Part shown: piece after piece, positions 34,971-44,269 of the stretch
Layout: every line of letters starts with the position of its first letter
Numbering within the stretch: the stretch's first letter is position 1
Translations under genes and position numbers: made by a program
The notes under the pieces: model-generated
What the model saw: only the letters and a program-made list of their open reading frames with translations
The model's database searches: none
What the model was told of the DNA's origin: nothing
Source of the DNA: Candidatus Kaiserbacteria bacterium
Lineage (GTDB): Bacteria; Patescibacteriota; Minisyncoccia; Phycocordibacterales; Phycocordibacteraceae
DNA length: 59,472 nucleotides
Direction of reading: 5' to 3'
Assembly (NCBI GenBank): GCA_026396675.1
Contig: JAPLWI010000011.1
Location: forward strand, 1-59,472

Positions 34971-35546
34971 ATGAGATTCACGTTGGGGGTAGATGAAGCG
35001 GGGCGCGGGCCGCTCGCTGGGCCGGTTGCGGTCGGAGTTATTGCAGTTCAGGAAGGATTTGATGTGGCGAGAGAATTTCCTGGAGTTGCGGACTCAAAAA
35101 AACTGTCAGAAAAGAAGAGAGAAAAGCTTTTCGAAATGCTTGAAGAACGCGTCGCCTATGGCGACGCGCGTTTCTGTGTGGAATTTGAAAGTGCTGAGAC
35201 AATAGATAAAGAAGGCATCGTCTTCGCAGTTCGCCACGCGCTCTGGCGCGGCGTGAATGCACTTGCACCAGATGCAGCATTGGTAAAAATACAATTAGAC
35301 GGCGCGCTTCGCGCGCCGCCAGAATATTCGCAAGAAACCATCATTAACGGCGACGAACTTATACCAATTATTTCACTCGCATCAATTGCCGCAAAGGTAA
35401 CTCGTGATCGACTGATGAAAGAATTATCACTCCAGTATCCACAGTACGGTTTTGAAAAGCATAAGGGCTACGGTACTCGCGCGCATTACGCCGCGCTCTT
35501 AGAATTTGGTCCATGCGCCATTCATCGTCGTTCGTTTCTGCATTGA
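34971..35546 (+). CDS. rnhB: Ribonuclease HII
   Basis: LGVDEAGRGPLAGPVAVG and DSKKLSEKKRE. The start is set at the Met just before the DEAGRG motif. Confidence 0.9.
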   Translation: MRFTLGVDEAGRGPLAGPVAVGVIAVQEGFDVAREFPGVADSKKLSEKKREKLFEMLEERVAYGDARFCVEFESAETIDKEGIVFAVRHALWRGVNALAPDAALVKIQLDGALRAPPEYSQETIINGDELIPIISLASIAAKVTRDRLMKELSLQYPQYGFEKHKGYGTRAHYAALLEFGPCAIHRRSFLH

Positions 35547-35555
35547 TTACGCTTC

Positions 35556-35584
35556 TTGACCCATTCTTTCTTTGAGAGTATAAG
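35556..35584 (+). promoter_or_regulatory. Candidate promoter
   Basis: TTGACC-N17-TATAAG. GGAGG lies before ATG 35636. Confidence 0.45.
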
Positions 35585-35635
35585 TGATATCGGTGAGGTC
35601 TCGATCTCATACATTGATCTTTTCGGAGGTGTCAA

Positions 35636-36406
35636 ATGGGAAAGGAACAAATGGCTTCGGTCAGTAAAACTTTAGCCCAAAAGATGTTGGAATTTGCCCT
35701 TGGTCAAAAAAGCGTTTCCTTCGGCGAGCTATCCACAGAAGAAGGAGATAAGCTGCTACGGTCTACATTGGAGGAGGTTAATTTGAGAGAGTTGCGCGGA
35801 TTTAAGCCCCTCAAAGATTTATTGATCATTCATCCGGGGAGTTTCATGTACGGCGGCGCTCCCGTGCACACTTTAGAGGTGGAGTTCTTGGATTTAGATC
35901 CAAATGTCTCCCTTCATACCGAGTCCGATGAAGAGAAACCCCAAGTTAATCTGGATACTTACGTCTTGCCTCTTTCCCGCGTGAGAAGGGCCGCCATCTT
36001 CAAACGACACGAATCGGACGAGGAAACTAGGGACTATCAAACGGCAGTTTCGTGGGGCAGGTCGGCTTATCATCACAGAGGAAACGGCAAAATTTTGGCG
36101 CTACGGAGGCCCAATAATCATACGAGGGCCGATGAAAACCTTGTCATTGTCGAGTTCAAGTACGAAAAAATTCCGCTCGAGGCGAGGTATGTGATTAAAG
36201 AAATCACAACACATTCCCTTCCGTTAGAGAAATTCCGCGAGCATTTTGGTTCATCATATGAGCGAATGGCTGTCGAGCTCATAAGTGAACTCCAAACGGC
36301 CTATGAACGCACCTCGAATGAGCTAAAGAGTCAGCTCGACCGTATTTCCGGAAAAGCTCTGAAACTGGGAAGATTGTCGAATGCTCTTGAGTACATTCGC
36401 GGATAA
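35636..36406 (+). CDS. Hypothetical protein
   Basis: A 256-codon ORF bracketed by a promoter-like element, an SD and a strong terminator. No family was recognised. Confidence 0.6.
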   Translation: MGKEQMASVSKTLAQKMLEFALGQKSVSFGELSTEEGDKLLRSTLEEVNLRELRGFKPLKDLLIIHPGSFMYGGAPVHTLEVEFLDLDPNVSLHTESDEEKPQVNLDTYVLPLSRVRRAAIFKRHESDEETRDYQTAVSWGRSAYHHRGNGKILALRRPNNHTRADENLVIVEFKYEKIPLEARYVIKEITTHSLPLEKFREHFGSSYERMAVELISELQTAYERTSNELKSQLDRISGKALKLGRLSNALEYIRG

Positions 36407-36409
36407 TTC

Positions 36410-36454
36410 AACCCCGCGCGGCTATTGTCGCGCGGGGTTTCTCTTTCTTTTTTT
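36410..36454 (+). terminator. Rho-independent terminator
   Basis: AACCCCGCGCG-(8 nt)-CGCGCGGGGTT followed by TCTCTTTCTTTTTTT. Confidence 0.85.
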
Positions 36455-36478
36455 GTCGGTGCATGGTAGGGTAGCCGC

Positions 36479-36799
36479 ATGTCAATTCGCATGCGCCATA
36501 CGAGCGGTCACACTGGCAATCGCCGGTCGCATCATGCGCTCAAAGATATCCGCCTCGGGCATCGGCTCGATGAAGCTACTGGTATGTACCGTGGCAATCA
36601 GATTTTTACGCCGAAAGCGAAGGGCGAACATAAAACAAAAGTAAAAGGTTCTGATACGGAACCAACGGCAAAGCGTACGCATGAGCATGCTCATGAAGAA
36701 CATTCAAACGCTGAAGCGAAAAGCTCGAAAGGTATTTCTGGAAAAGTGGCAACAGCAACTCGTCCAAAAGCACGGAGCGGTTTTGGCGGCGGCGTTTAG
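36479..36799 (+). CDS. rpmF: 50S ribosomal protein L32 (Cys-less, with a long basic C-terminal extension)
   Basis: MSIRMRHTSGHTGNRRSHHAL is an L32 N-terminal signature as I recall it from Patescibacteria. No Cys residues are present. Confidence 0.6.
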   Translation: MSIRMRHTSGHTGNRRSHHALKDIRLGHRLDEATGMYRGNQIFTPKAKGEHKTKVKGSDTEPTAKRTHEHAHEEHSNAEAKSSKGISGKVATATRPKARSGFGGGV

Positions 36800-36874
36800 T
36801 TGTTAGAAATTAATCCACCGCGGCCACATTGCGTGGCCGCGGTGTTTGCTATACTCACATCTATAGATCTTTCC

Positions 36875-37795
36875 ATGGCGAACCGACATTTAGCGCGTTC
36901 TGTCGTCCTCCAGACACTCTTTGAGTGGGACACCACACACGCGTCGCAAACCGAAGCGAAGAATATTCTCGCACGCAATGTTGCAGAATTCGGTGGCGCT
37001 GATGTTGACCAGTTATTTATGGAGCACCTATTATTTGGTGTTTTAGCGAAAAAAAGCGATGTAGATCTCATTATTGAAAAAGCGGCGCCAGAATGGTCGC
37101 TGGAAAGAATCGCCCCAGTCGACCGCAATATTCTGCGCCTCGGACTTTATGAACTTCTATTTGCCGATCGGACGCAGGTGCCAGCAAAAGTTGCTATTAA
37201 TGAGGCCATAGAACTTGCCAAGACATTCGGCGGTGATTCAAGCGGGCGTTTTGTGAACGGCGTTCTCGGTGCCGTGTATAAAGAGCTCGGTGAGCCGGGG
37301 AAAAATGAACAGGGAGAAAAGAAAGCGAAGCGCGAGGAATTGCCGATAGAGAAAATGGGTGGCGCCATCGTCTACGCGAAACACGACGGACAATATTATC
37401 TCGCTCTCGTGCACGATGTATTTGGCCACTGGACGCTTTCAAAAGGTCACATCGGAGAGGACGTTACGCCCGAAGCAGGCGTTACGCGCGTTATAAAGGA
37501 GGAGCTTGGCCTCGATGTAAAGGTTGAAAATCAAGTCGGCGAGAATGAATATATCGCATCGCATCCTGAAAAAGGGAAGATGCGTAAACACGTTTGGTTC
37601 TTCCTTGCCTCAAGCGACTTTGAACCGCTTGTGTTGAAAAAAAGTGGTGGCCTCGATGACGCAAAGTGGTTCCGTCTCAAGGACATCATTGACCTTAATT
37701 TTTATGATGATATGCTCCCAATCGTGACTATGGCTGTACAAAAACTTCTTGACCACGCGAGCAGTACACGCGATAGGATGCCAGCGCATGCCTGA
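36875..37795 (+). CDS. nusB: NusB antitermination factor fused to a C-terminal Nudix-fold domain
   Basis: The NusB part has RHLARSVVLQTLFEWD and AINEAIELAKTFGGDSSGRFVNGVLGAV. After a Lys/Glu linker comes GHWTLSKGHIGEDVTPEAGVTRVIKEELGL, a slightly degenerate Nudix box. Confidence 0.8.
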   Translation: MANRHLARSVVLQTLFEWDTTHASQTEAKNILARNVAEFGGADVDQLFMEHLLFGVLAKKSDVDLIIEKAAPEWSLERIAPVDRNILRLGLYELLFADRTQVPAKVAINEAIELAKTFGGDSSGRFVNGVLGAVYKELGEPGKNEQGEKKAKREELPIEKMGGAIVYAKHDGQYYLALVHDVFGHWTLSKGHIGEDVTPEAGVTRVIKEELGLDVKVENQVGENEYIASHPEKGKMRKHVWFFLASSDFEPLVLKKSGGLDDAKWFRLKDIIDLNFYDDMLPIVTMAVQKLLDHASSTRDRMPAHA

Positions 37796-38477
37796 TTTCT
37801 CCCCATTTACACAAAAAATTGGTGTTTCTTTCAACAACCCAGATCTTTTGGTAGAGGCACTGACGCATCGTTCTTATTTAAATGAGCACCGTGACTATAC
37901 TGGCAATCATAACGAGCGACTAGAATTTCTCGGCGATGCAGTTCTTGAACTTGCTGCCACTGACTTCCTTTTTAAAAAATTTCCCGCAAAGCCGGAAGGA
38001 GATCTCACAAGTTATCGCGCTGCGCTCGTAAACACAGTATCGCTCGCCGAGAGCGCGCAGGCGCTCGGCATCAACGATTATTTACTGCTTTCAAAAGGTG
38101 AAGCGAAGGATACCGGCCGTGCGCGTGAGGTGATTCTCGCCGATGCATTTGAGGCGATTATAGGCGCAATTTATCTTGATGCTGGTTACGTCAGTGCCGA
38201 AGCGTTTATCGCAAAGAATCTGTATGGGAAAATTGACGAAATAATTTCGCGTCGCGCGTATCAAGATGCAAAGAGTCGTTTCCAAGAATCGTCGCAGGAG
38301 AAAAAGGGAATCACACCGAGATACGAAACGCTTTCTGAAGAAGGGCCCGATCATGCAAGACATTTTACCGTCGGTGTTTTCATCGGAGATGAAGAAATTG
38401 CGCGCGGAGAAGGGGCTAGCAAACAAGAGGCCGAACAATCCGCCGCCGAAGCAGGACTAAAGAAGATGCAGTGGTGA
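37788..38477 (+). CDS. rnc: Ribonuclease III
   Basis: FNNPDLLVEALTHRSY, NERLEFLGDAVLEL, and a C-terminal dsRBD (GEGASKQEAEQSAA). Confidence 0.93.
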   Translation: MPDFSPFTQKIGVSFNNPDLLVEALTHRSYLNEHRDYTGNHNERLEFLGDAVLELAATDFLFKKFPAKPEGDLTSYRAALVNTVSLAESAQALGINDYLLLSKGEAKDTGRAREVILADAFEAIIGAIYLDAGYVSAEAFIAKNLYGKIDEIISRRAYQDAKSRFQESSQEKKGITPRYETLSEEGPDHARHFTVGVFIGDEEIARGEGASKQEAEQSAAEAGLKKMQW

Positions 38478-38491
38478 TACAATAATCAGCA

Positions 38492-40717
38492 ATGCTGAAG
38501 CGATTGGAGATCGTTGGATTCAAGTCGTTCGCCAAGAAGACGGTCTTGGATTTTTCTAATTCCACCACAGCGATTGTCGGCCCGAACGGCTCTGGGAAAA
38601 GCAATGTTGCAGAAGCGTTTCGTTTCGCACTCGGCGAACAATCGATGAAGAGTATGCGTGGCAAACGCGCAGAGGATCTTATTTGGGGCGGTTCGCATTC
38701 GGTGCCGCGCGCTTCGCGCGCGGCGGTTTCTGTCATTTTCGATAATTCCAGAAGATCTTTCAAAATTGATTTTGACGAAGTCGCGATTGAAAGGGCAGTT
38801 TTCCGCGACGGAACAAGCGAATATTCCATCAATGGCTCACGAGTGCGTCTACGCGACATCGAAGAACTCCTCGCTGGCGCGAATATCGGTGAGACCAGCC
38901 ATCACATTATTTCGCAAGGCGAAGCCGACAGGATATTACTTTCCTCGCCGCGTGAGCGGCGAATGATGCTCGAAGATGCTCTTGGACTTAAGGTATACGA
39001 ATTCAAAAAACGAGAGGCGGAAAAGAAACTTGTAAAGACAGAAGAGAATATTGCGCAAGTTAATTCGCTCCGACGAGAACTTGCACCGCATCTGCGATTC
39101 CTAGAAAAACAAGTTGAAAAACTTGAGCGGGCAGAAACATTACAAAAAGAACTGGTCAACTCAGCACAAACATACTTCGCAATTGAAGATGCATATCTTG
39201 CACTAGAAAAATCAAAAGTTGCCGTAGAGAAGCGAAATGCAGAAGAACGTCTCGTATTCGCAAGTGCCGAGCTCGATCGTATTGCGGATCCGAAATCGGC
39301 TGATAGCGAGACGATGCAACGCACAGAGACGCTTCGGAATGCAGAACGCGAAGTTTCTGAACTTTCTGCAACGCGCGCGGCGCTTTCGCGCGATATCGGT
39401 AGAGTAGAAGGCGCACTTGTAGAAGTGAAACGGCGTGCAACTGCAACTGCGCGAGAGCCGTACGCGAAAGTGCCGCGTGAAGAACTTGAAGCGCTCCATA
39501 ACGAGGTTGAAAAACAAGTTGAAAGCGCTCTCGGTGCCGAACGCGAGGGAAGTATTGAAGCGCTACGCGCAGCGCTTGTCGCTATTCGTACGGCGGTAAA
39601 ATTTCTTTTCAATCGACACAATGCCCCACGCGACGATTATTTTTCCGACGAGGAGGATGCTGCATTCAAACTTGAGACCGAACGCGCCACGCTCGCCGAG
39701 AAATACGACGCGACTTCTATCGCACTCGAAAAAGCCGAAGCCGCACGCGCACGCGCACGCGAAGCAATGCTTGCTCTAGAAGAGACCAGTCATGAAATTC
39801 GACGCCGCATTCTTGATTTCGCACAAAATAAGGCACATGAGGAAGGCGAAATAGCAAAGGCCGATGCCCGAGAATATGAATTAAACCTTCTCACGGAAGA
39901 ACTAGAGCGAAATAAAAGAGAAGTGCTTGCCATCGGAGGTACTACGGCTGTCTCATATGAATCACTCCAATCTCTTCCAAAGGAAGATCGGAAAACACAG
40001 GAGGAACGGAAACGCACACTTGAACGCACAAAAATTCGCCTCGAAGAAGCAGGCGGCATGAATGAAGAAATACGACAAGAACATAAAGAAGTTTCTGAAA
40101 GAGAAAAATTTCTCGCCGTTGAACTCGATGATCTCGCGAAATCAGCGTCAGGACTTCATGCTCTTATTGACGATTTAAATACAGAGCTCGCAAAACATTT
40201 CTCAGAAGGACTTTCAAAGGTTAATGCGTCATTCAATGAATATTTTGCGTTGATGTTTGGCGGCGGCTCCGCACGCCTCACTCTGAAGGCCGAAGTCGAT
40301 CCCGAGGAGCTTGGCGACGAGGGAGAAGATACTGAGGAGCTCCGCGACGAAGTAAAAGAACGTCCCGGAATAGAAATAGCAGTCAATCTGCCAAAAAAGA
40401 AAGTGCGCTCGCTGATGCAACTTTCTGGTGGCGAGCGCGCGCTCACGAGCATCGCGCTTATCTTCGCGATGAGTCAAGTAAATCCACCGCCATTCTTAAT
40501 TTTGGACGAGACCGATGCGGCTCTTGATGAAGCTAACAGCCGCCGCTATGGCGATATGATAGAAAATCTCGCGAAGAAGTCACAACTTATCGTCATTACA
40601 CATAATCGTGAGACAATGAGTCGCACGAACATCCTCTACGGCGTTACGATGGGCGGTGACGGCGTCAGTAAGCTATTGTCTGTGAAGTTCGAGGAAGCCG
40701 TCGCCGTGGCGAAATAG
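38492..40717 (+). CDS. smc: SMC-family ATPase, short (741 aa) with no recognisable hinge domain
   Basis: Walker A GPNGSGKSN, signature LSGGERALT and Walker B FLILDETDAALD. The middle is continuous coiled coil. Confidence 0.8.
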   Translation: MLKRLEIVGFKSFAKKTVLDFSNSTTAIVGPNGSGKSNVAEAFRFALGEQSMKSMRGKRAEDLIWGGSHSVPRASRAAVSVIFDNSRRSFKIDFDEVAIERAVFRDGTSEYSINGSRVRLRDIEELLAGANIGETSHHIISQGEADRILLSSPRERRMMLEDALGLKVYEFKKREAEKKLVKTEENIAQVNSLRRELAPHLRFLEKQVEKLERAETLQKELVNSAQTYFAIEDAYLALEKSKVAVEKRNAEERLVFASAELDRIADPKSADSETMQRTETLRNAEREVSELSATRAALSRDIGRVEGALVEVKRRATATAREPYAKVPREELEALHNEVEKQVESALGAEREGSIEALRAALVAIRTAVKFLFNRHNAPRDDYFSDEEDAAFKLETERATLAEKYDATSIALEKAEAARARAREAMLALEETSHEIRRRILDFAQNKAHEEGEIAKADAREYELNLLTEELERNKREVLAIGGTTAVSYESLQSLPKEDRKTQEERKRTLERTKIRLEEAGGMNEEIRQEHKEVSEREKFLAVELDDLAKSASGLHALIDDLNTELAKHFSEGLSKVNASFNEYFALMFGGGSARLTLKAEVDPEELGDEGEDTEELRDEVKERPGIEIAVNLPKKKVRSLMQLSGGERALTSIALIFAMSQVNPPPFLILDETDAALDEANSRRYGDMIENLAKKSQLIVITHNRETMSRTNILYGVTMGGDGVSKLLSVKFEEAVAVAK

Positions 40718-40718
40718 A

Positions 40719-42686
40719 TTATGCAGGTACGAAATCCAATTCTTTTTCGGGAATGCGCGCAGCGATTAATTTTACGCGGATTGGGTCACCAAGTTGAAAT
40801 GTTTTTTTCGTGCGACGGCCGGTGAGGCAGTAGTGCTTTTCATCATATTCAAAGAAGTCGTCTCCGACAGAACGGATATTGATCATCCCGTCGGCGTGCG
40901 TCGTTTTTTCTTCCACATACAACCCGCGTTCGGTAACGCCAGAAATAACAGCGTCGAACTCTTGCCCGATTTTGTCGGCTAAGAATTCGACTTGCTTCAT
41001 TTTTATTGAATCGCGCTCGGCATCAGCCGCTGCAACTTCGCGTTCAGAAGCATGAAGTGCGAGTGCATCAAATTCACGCATTTCCTGTTCAGAAATTTTC
41101 GTACCACCCGAGTGCGCCTTCACGAGTCGATGAATAACAAGGTCAGGGTAGCGACGAATTGGCGAAGTAAAATGCGTATAAAAATCGAATGCGAGACCGA
41201 AGTGACCGATATTTTGCGTTGCATAAATTGCCTTACTCATTGAACGCAAAGTCGCTGTTTTAACGAGATATTCTTCCGGCTTTCCTTTCACCGCTTCGAG
41301 CAGTTTATTTAATTCTGCGCCAGTAACATTCCCGCTTCCAGAGGTCTTCAAATGATAACCCATAACACGTAGTAGGTTCGCTAGATTCTCAATACGGTCA
41401 GTATCGGGTACGTCATGAATGCGATACAGTGATGCGAAAGGCGTTTTGCCTTTCGTGCCGAGCGCAGCGAGGTGCTTCGCCACTGCCTCGTTCGCGAGCA
41501 ACATAAAGTCCTCAATGAGACGATTTGTCGCTTTCTGTTCTTTTAGGTGGATAGCGATAGGTACCCCTTCGGCGTCAAGTTCGACTTTTACTTCGGCAGT
41601 ATCAAATTCAATTGCGCCATTCGCTTGACGCTTCGCTCGGATTTTTTTCGAGAGATCTTGAAGCATAGAAAGTTCTGTAAACAAAACACCCTCACCTTTA
41701 TCAAGCACTTCCTGCGCCTCTTCGTAAGTGAAGCGCTTGTCTGAATGAATGATTGTTTCGCCGAACCATGAGTCCAAGACACTAGCTTCGTTATCGAGTG
41801 TGAAAACGGCCGAGACCGCGAGACGGTCTTCATTTGGTTTTAGCGAACATAAATCGTTTGAAAGAATTTCTGGGAGCATAGGAATTGTACGATCGACGAG
41901 ATACACACTTGTCGCGCGCTCATATGCCTCTTTATCCAACGCATTTCCGGGCTTTACGAAGAAAGACACATCAGCGATGTGGACGCCGACTTCTATTTTC
42001 CCATTAGCAAGCTTTTGTATCGATAATGCATCGTCGAAATCCTTCGCATCTGCAGGATCAATTGTACACGTTGGAACATTTCTGAAATCGCACCGCCCAG
42101 GATTCTTTGTCTCTTCCGCAAGCATCGCTGCGCCTTCGGATTCAAGTCGTTTTGCTTCAATAACAACTCCTGGAGGGAAGTTCGGCGAGAATCCTTGCCC
42201 AAGCGCGAGAGCGCGCATTTCTGTCTCGTGTACACCTGCATTGCCGATTATCTCTTCAACAAAGCCGGTAGGATATGTTGCATCTTCTTTCCAATCTTGC
42301 AATCGTACCAATACCTTATAGCCAAGCTGGACATTTCTCGTGTTTACTATTTCAATCGGCACATACATCTTTTTATAATCAGGCGCGAGCAATATCTTTC
42401 CCGCATCCTCTATAAGCGTGCCGACAAATGTCTCGCGCGCGCGCGAAATTATTTCAATCACTTTTCCAGAAGCACGCGGCGGCATTCGCCCGGCTGGATC
42501 CTGATACATTCCCGCTGGAATGACCTTCACGATATCTCCAGCGAGTGCGTGGGCAGTCCATTCAGGAGGAATGATCAAATCCTCGTCACTCTTCTTGCTC
42601 TTTGTAGCTTTAGAGGAGAGTGAGAAAAAACCGAAACCCTTCCGAGTCATCGCTATTGGACCTTCGTATATCGTATCCACTTGCAT
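40719..42686 (-). CDS. rnr: Ribonuclease R / RNB-family 3'-5' exoribonuclease
   Basis: RNB motifs (IDPADAKDFDDALS, YLVDRTIPMLP, HFGLA...YTHFTSPIRRYPDL) and a C-terminal S1 domain. Confidence 0.92.
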   Translation of the reverse strand: MQVDTIYEGPIAMTRKGFGFFSLSSKATKSKKSDEDLIIPPEWTAHALAGDIVKVIPAGMYQDPAGRMPPRASGKVIEIISRARETFVGTLIEDAGKILLAPDYKKMYVPIEIVNTRNVQLGYKVLVRLQDWKEDATYPTGFVEEIIGNAGVHETEMRALALGQGFSPNFPPGVVIEAKRLESEGAAMLAEETKNPGRCDFRNVPTCTIDPADAKDFDDALSIQKLANGKIEVGVHIADVSFFVKPGNALDKEAYERATSVYLVDRTIPMLPEILSNDLCSLKPNEDRLAVSAVFTLDNEASVLDSWFGETIIHSDKRFTYEEAQEVLDKGEGVLFTELSMLQDLSKKIRAKRQANGAIEFDTAEVKVELDAEGVPIAIHLKEQKATNRLIEDFMLLANEAVAKHLAALGTKGKTPFASLYRIHDVPDTDRIENLANLLRVMGYHLKTSGSGNVTGAELNKLLEAVKGKPEEYLVKTATLRSMSKAIYATQNIGHFGLAFDFYTHFTSPIRRYPDLVIHRLVKAHSGGTKISEQEMREFDALALHASEREVAAADAERDSIKMKQVEFLADKIGQEFDAVISGVTERGLYVEEKTTHADGMINIRSVGDDFFEYDEKHYCLTGRRTKKTFQLGDPIRVKLIAARIPEKELDFVPA

Positions 42687-42733
42687 TTAAGACACTCTAG
42701 CAATATTGGCGGTATTCTGCTATAGTCGCGCGT

Positions 42734-43156
42734 ATGTTGATGATTCGATTCCAACGGACCGGTCGGACCAATGATCCGGCTTTTCGCATTGTTTTATTGG
42801 AGAAAACGCGTGCAGCGAAAGCTGGCAGTATCACAGAACAGCTCGGCACCTATAACCCGAAGAGCAAAGCGCTTACGATTGATGCCGAGAGAGTTAAGGA
42901 ATGGATTGCCAAAGGCGCACAGCCAACCGACTCAATCCGGAATCTTTTGATTACAAAAGGCATCTTGGAAGGGAAGAAGGTGAATGTGTTACCGAAGAAA
43001 ACCCCGATCAAATCGGAAGAACCAGAAATAAAATCTGAAATAATATCTGACGTGAAAGTTGCCGCTGAAGAGGTACTAGCTCCAGTAGAAGAAGCTGTAG
43101 CGGAAGACGTAGTAGGAGTTGTAGAGGATGCTGCGGCAGAAGCGGAGTCCCTCTAA
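42734..43156 (+). CDS. rpsP: 30S ribosomal protein S16 (with an acidic C-terminal extension)
   Basis: MLMIRFQRTGRTNDPAFRIVL...LGTYNP. Confidence 0.92.
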   Translation: MLMIRFQRTGRTNDPAFRIVLLEKTRAAKAGSITEQLGTYNPKSKALTIDAERVKEWIAKGAQPTDSIRNLLITKGILEGKKVNVLPKKTPIKSEEPEIKSEIISDVKVAAEEVLAPVEEAVAEDVVGVVEDAAAEAESL

Positions 43157-43163
43157 AATATCC

Positions 43164-43481
43164 ATGGAACCAGATCAAATGTTCCTCGAGTATGCAGTAA
43201 AAGCACTCGTTGAGCACCCAGAGTCGGTCGAAACCACACGCGTTATTGATCAGATGGGTGTTCTCCTAACGCTTACCGTACATCCAGACGATATGGGGAA
43301 AATTATCGGTAAGAGTGGCAAGACCGCTGAAGCCCTCCGAATTCTTCTGCGCGTGGTTGGGATGAAAGGGAACGCACGCGTGAATTTAAAGATCAATGAG
43401 CCGGTCGGTGGGAAAAGAGATTTACCAGTGCAGACAGGACCAGAAGTTAAGACCGTCGATCAAGTGATCGATGAAATTTAA
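43164..43481 (+). CDS. KH-domain RNA-binding protein (YlqC/UPF0109 type)
   Basis: VHPDDMGKIIGKSGKTAEALRILLRVVG (GxxG KH motif). It occupies the conserved position between rpsP and trmD. Confidence 0.85.
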   Translation: MEPDQMFLEYAVKALVEHPESVETTRVIDQMGVLLTLTVHPDDMGKIIGKSGKTAEALRILLRVVGMKGNARVNLKINEPVGGKRDLPVQTGPEVKTVDQVIDEI

Positions 43482-44154
43482 TTTAATTACATTGTTTCCA
43501 GAAGCGTGCGATGCATATTTAAGTGCATCAATTGTCGGGCGCGCGCGAAAGGAAAAAAAGATTTTCATACAGTATCAGAACCCGCGCAATTTTGTTGAGA
43601 ACAAATGGGGAAAGGTAGATGAACGTCCGTACGGTGGCGGTCCGGGGATGGTGATGTCCGCAATGCCCATTGCCCGTGCAGTTCAACGGGCATTGCGGAT
43701 CCCGACGAGTTTTCGAGGAGGGACGAAACTCAAAAAATCAGTCATCATCTGGTTCTCGCCAAGCGCGAAGCAATTCACCAACAAAGATGCTGATTCACTC
43801 ATAAAAAAATACGACCAAGTTGTGCTCGTCTGTGGTCGTTATGAGGGTATTGATGAACGTGCAAGAAAAATACTCAAAACGCTTGCGCCGATTAAAGAAT
43901 TCGCTGTTGGCCAAGCGGTCTACACGGGCGGGGAAGTTCCGGCACTCGCGATCGTGGACGCGGTCACGCGCCGGTTGCCGGGTGTACTCGGTAAAGATGC
44001 GTCGATCGAGGAACGCCGCATCGCCTCATCGGCTGTTTATACGCGCCCAGAAACCATCACCTATAAAAAGAAAAACTATAAAGTCCCAACAGTTTTACGT
44101 ACGGGGCATCACGCAAAAATAGATTCGTGGCGCCAAACGAAGCGAACGAAGTGA
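43471..44154 (+). CDS. trmD: tRNA (guanine37-N1)-methyltransferase
   Basis: MKFNLITLFPE..., RPYGGGPGMVM, VCGRYEGIDERA. Confidence 0.93.
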   Translation: MKFNLITLFPEACDAYLSASIVGRARKEKKIFIQYQNPRNFVENKWGKVDERPYGGGPGMVMSAMPIARAVQRALRIPTSFRGGTKLKKSVIIWFSPSAKQFTNKDADSLIKKYDQVVLVCGRYEGIDERARKILKTLAPIKEFAVGQAVYTGGEVPALAIVDAVTRRLPGVLGKDASIEERRIASSAVYTRPETITYKKKNYKVPTVLRTGHHAKIDSWRQTKRTK

Positions 44155-44201
44155 GCAAAGTCCCGAACCGTCTGCGGGAGGGACCGGCCACCACGCGAAT
44201 A

Positions 44202-44230
44202 TTGACAAATGGCGTTCTAGCAAATAACAT
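44202..44230 (+). promoter_or_regulatory. Candidate promoter of the small membrane-peptide gene
   Basis: TTGACA-N17-TAACAT. Confidence 0.45.
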
Positions 44231-44269
44231 TCTCATCAGAAATCTATTAAAAGGAGAAGGAGGAATAGT

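Noticed and set aside
34949-34981. Head-to-head overlap of the dnaE (GTG 34981) and rnhB (ATG 34932 or 34971) coding regions
   Set aside because: Using the ATG at 34948 for dnaE (MASRFIHLHTHS, matching the usual PHP-domain N-terminus) and 34971 for rnhB removes the overlap. The apparent overlap is most likely an artefact of taking the longest ORF.
38902-39621. Long antisense ORFs inside smc (38902-39621), rpsB (23596-24243), rpoB (46839-47414), dnaG (52654-53193) and gap (6392-6955)
   Set aside because: All are Ser/Ala/Arg-rich mirror frames of strongly conserved genes. Such stop-poor antisense frames are expected in GA-rich coiled-coil or conserved coding regions.
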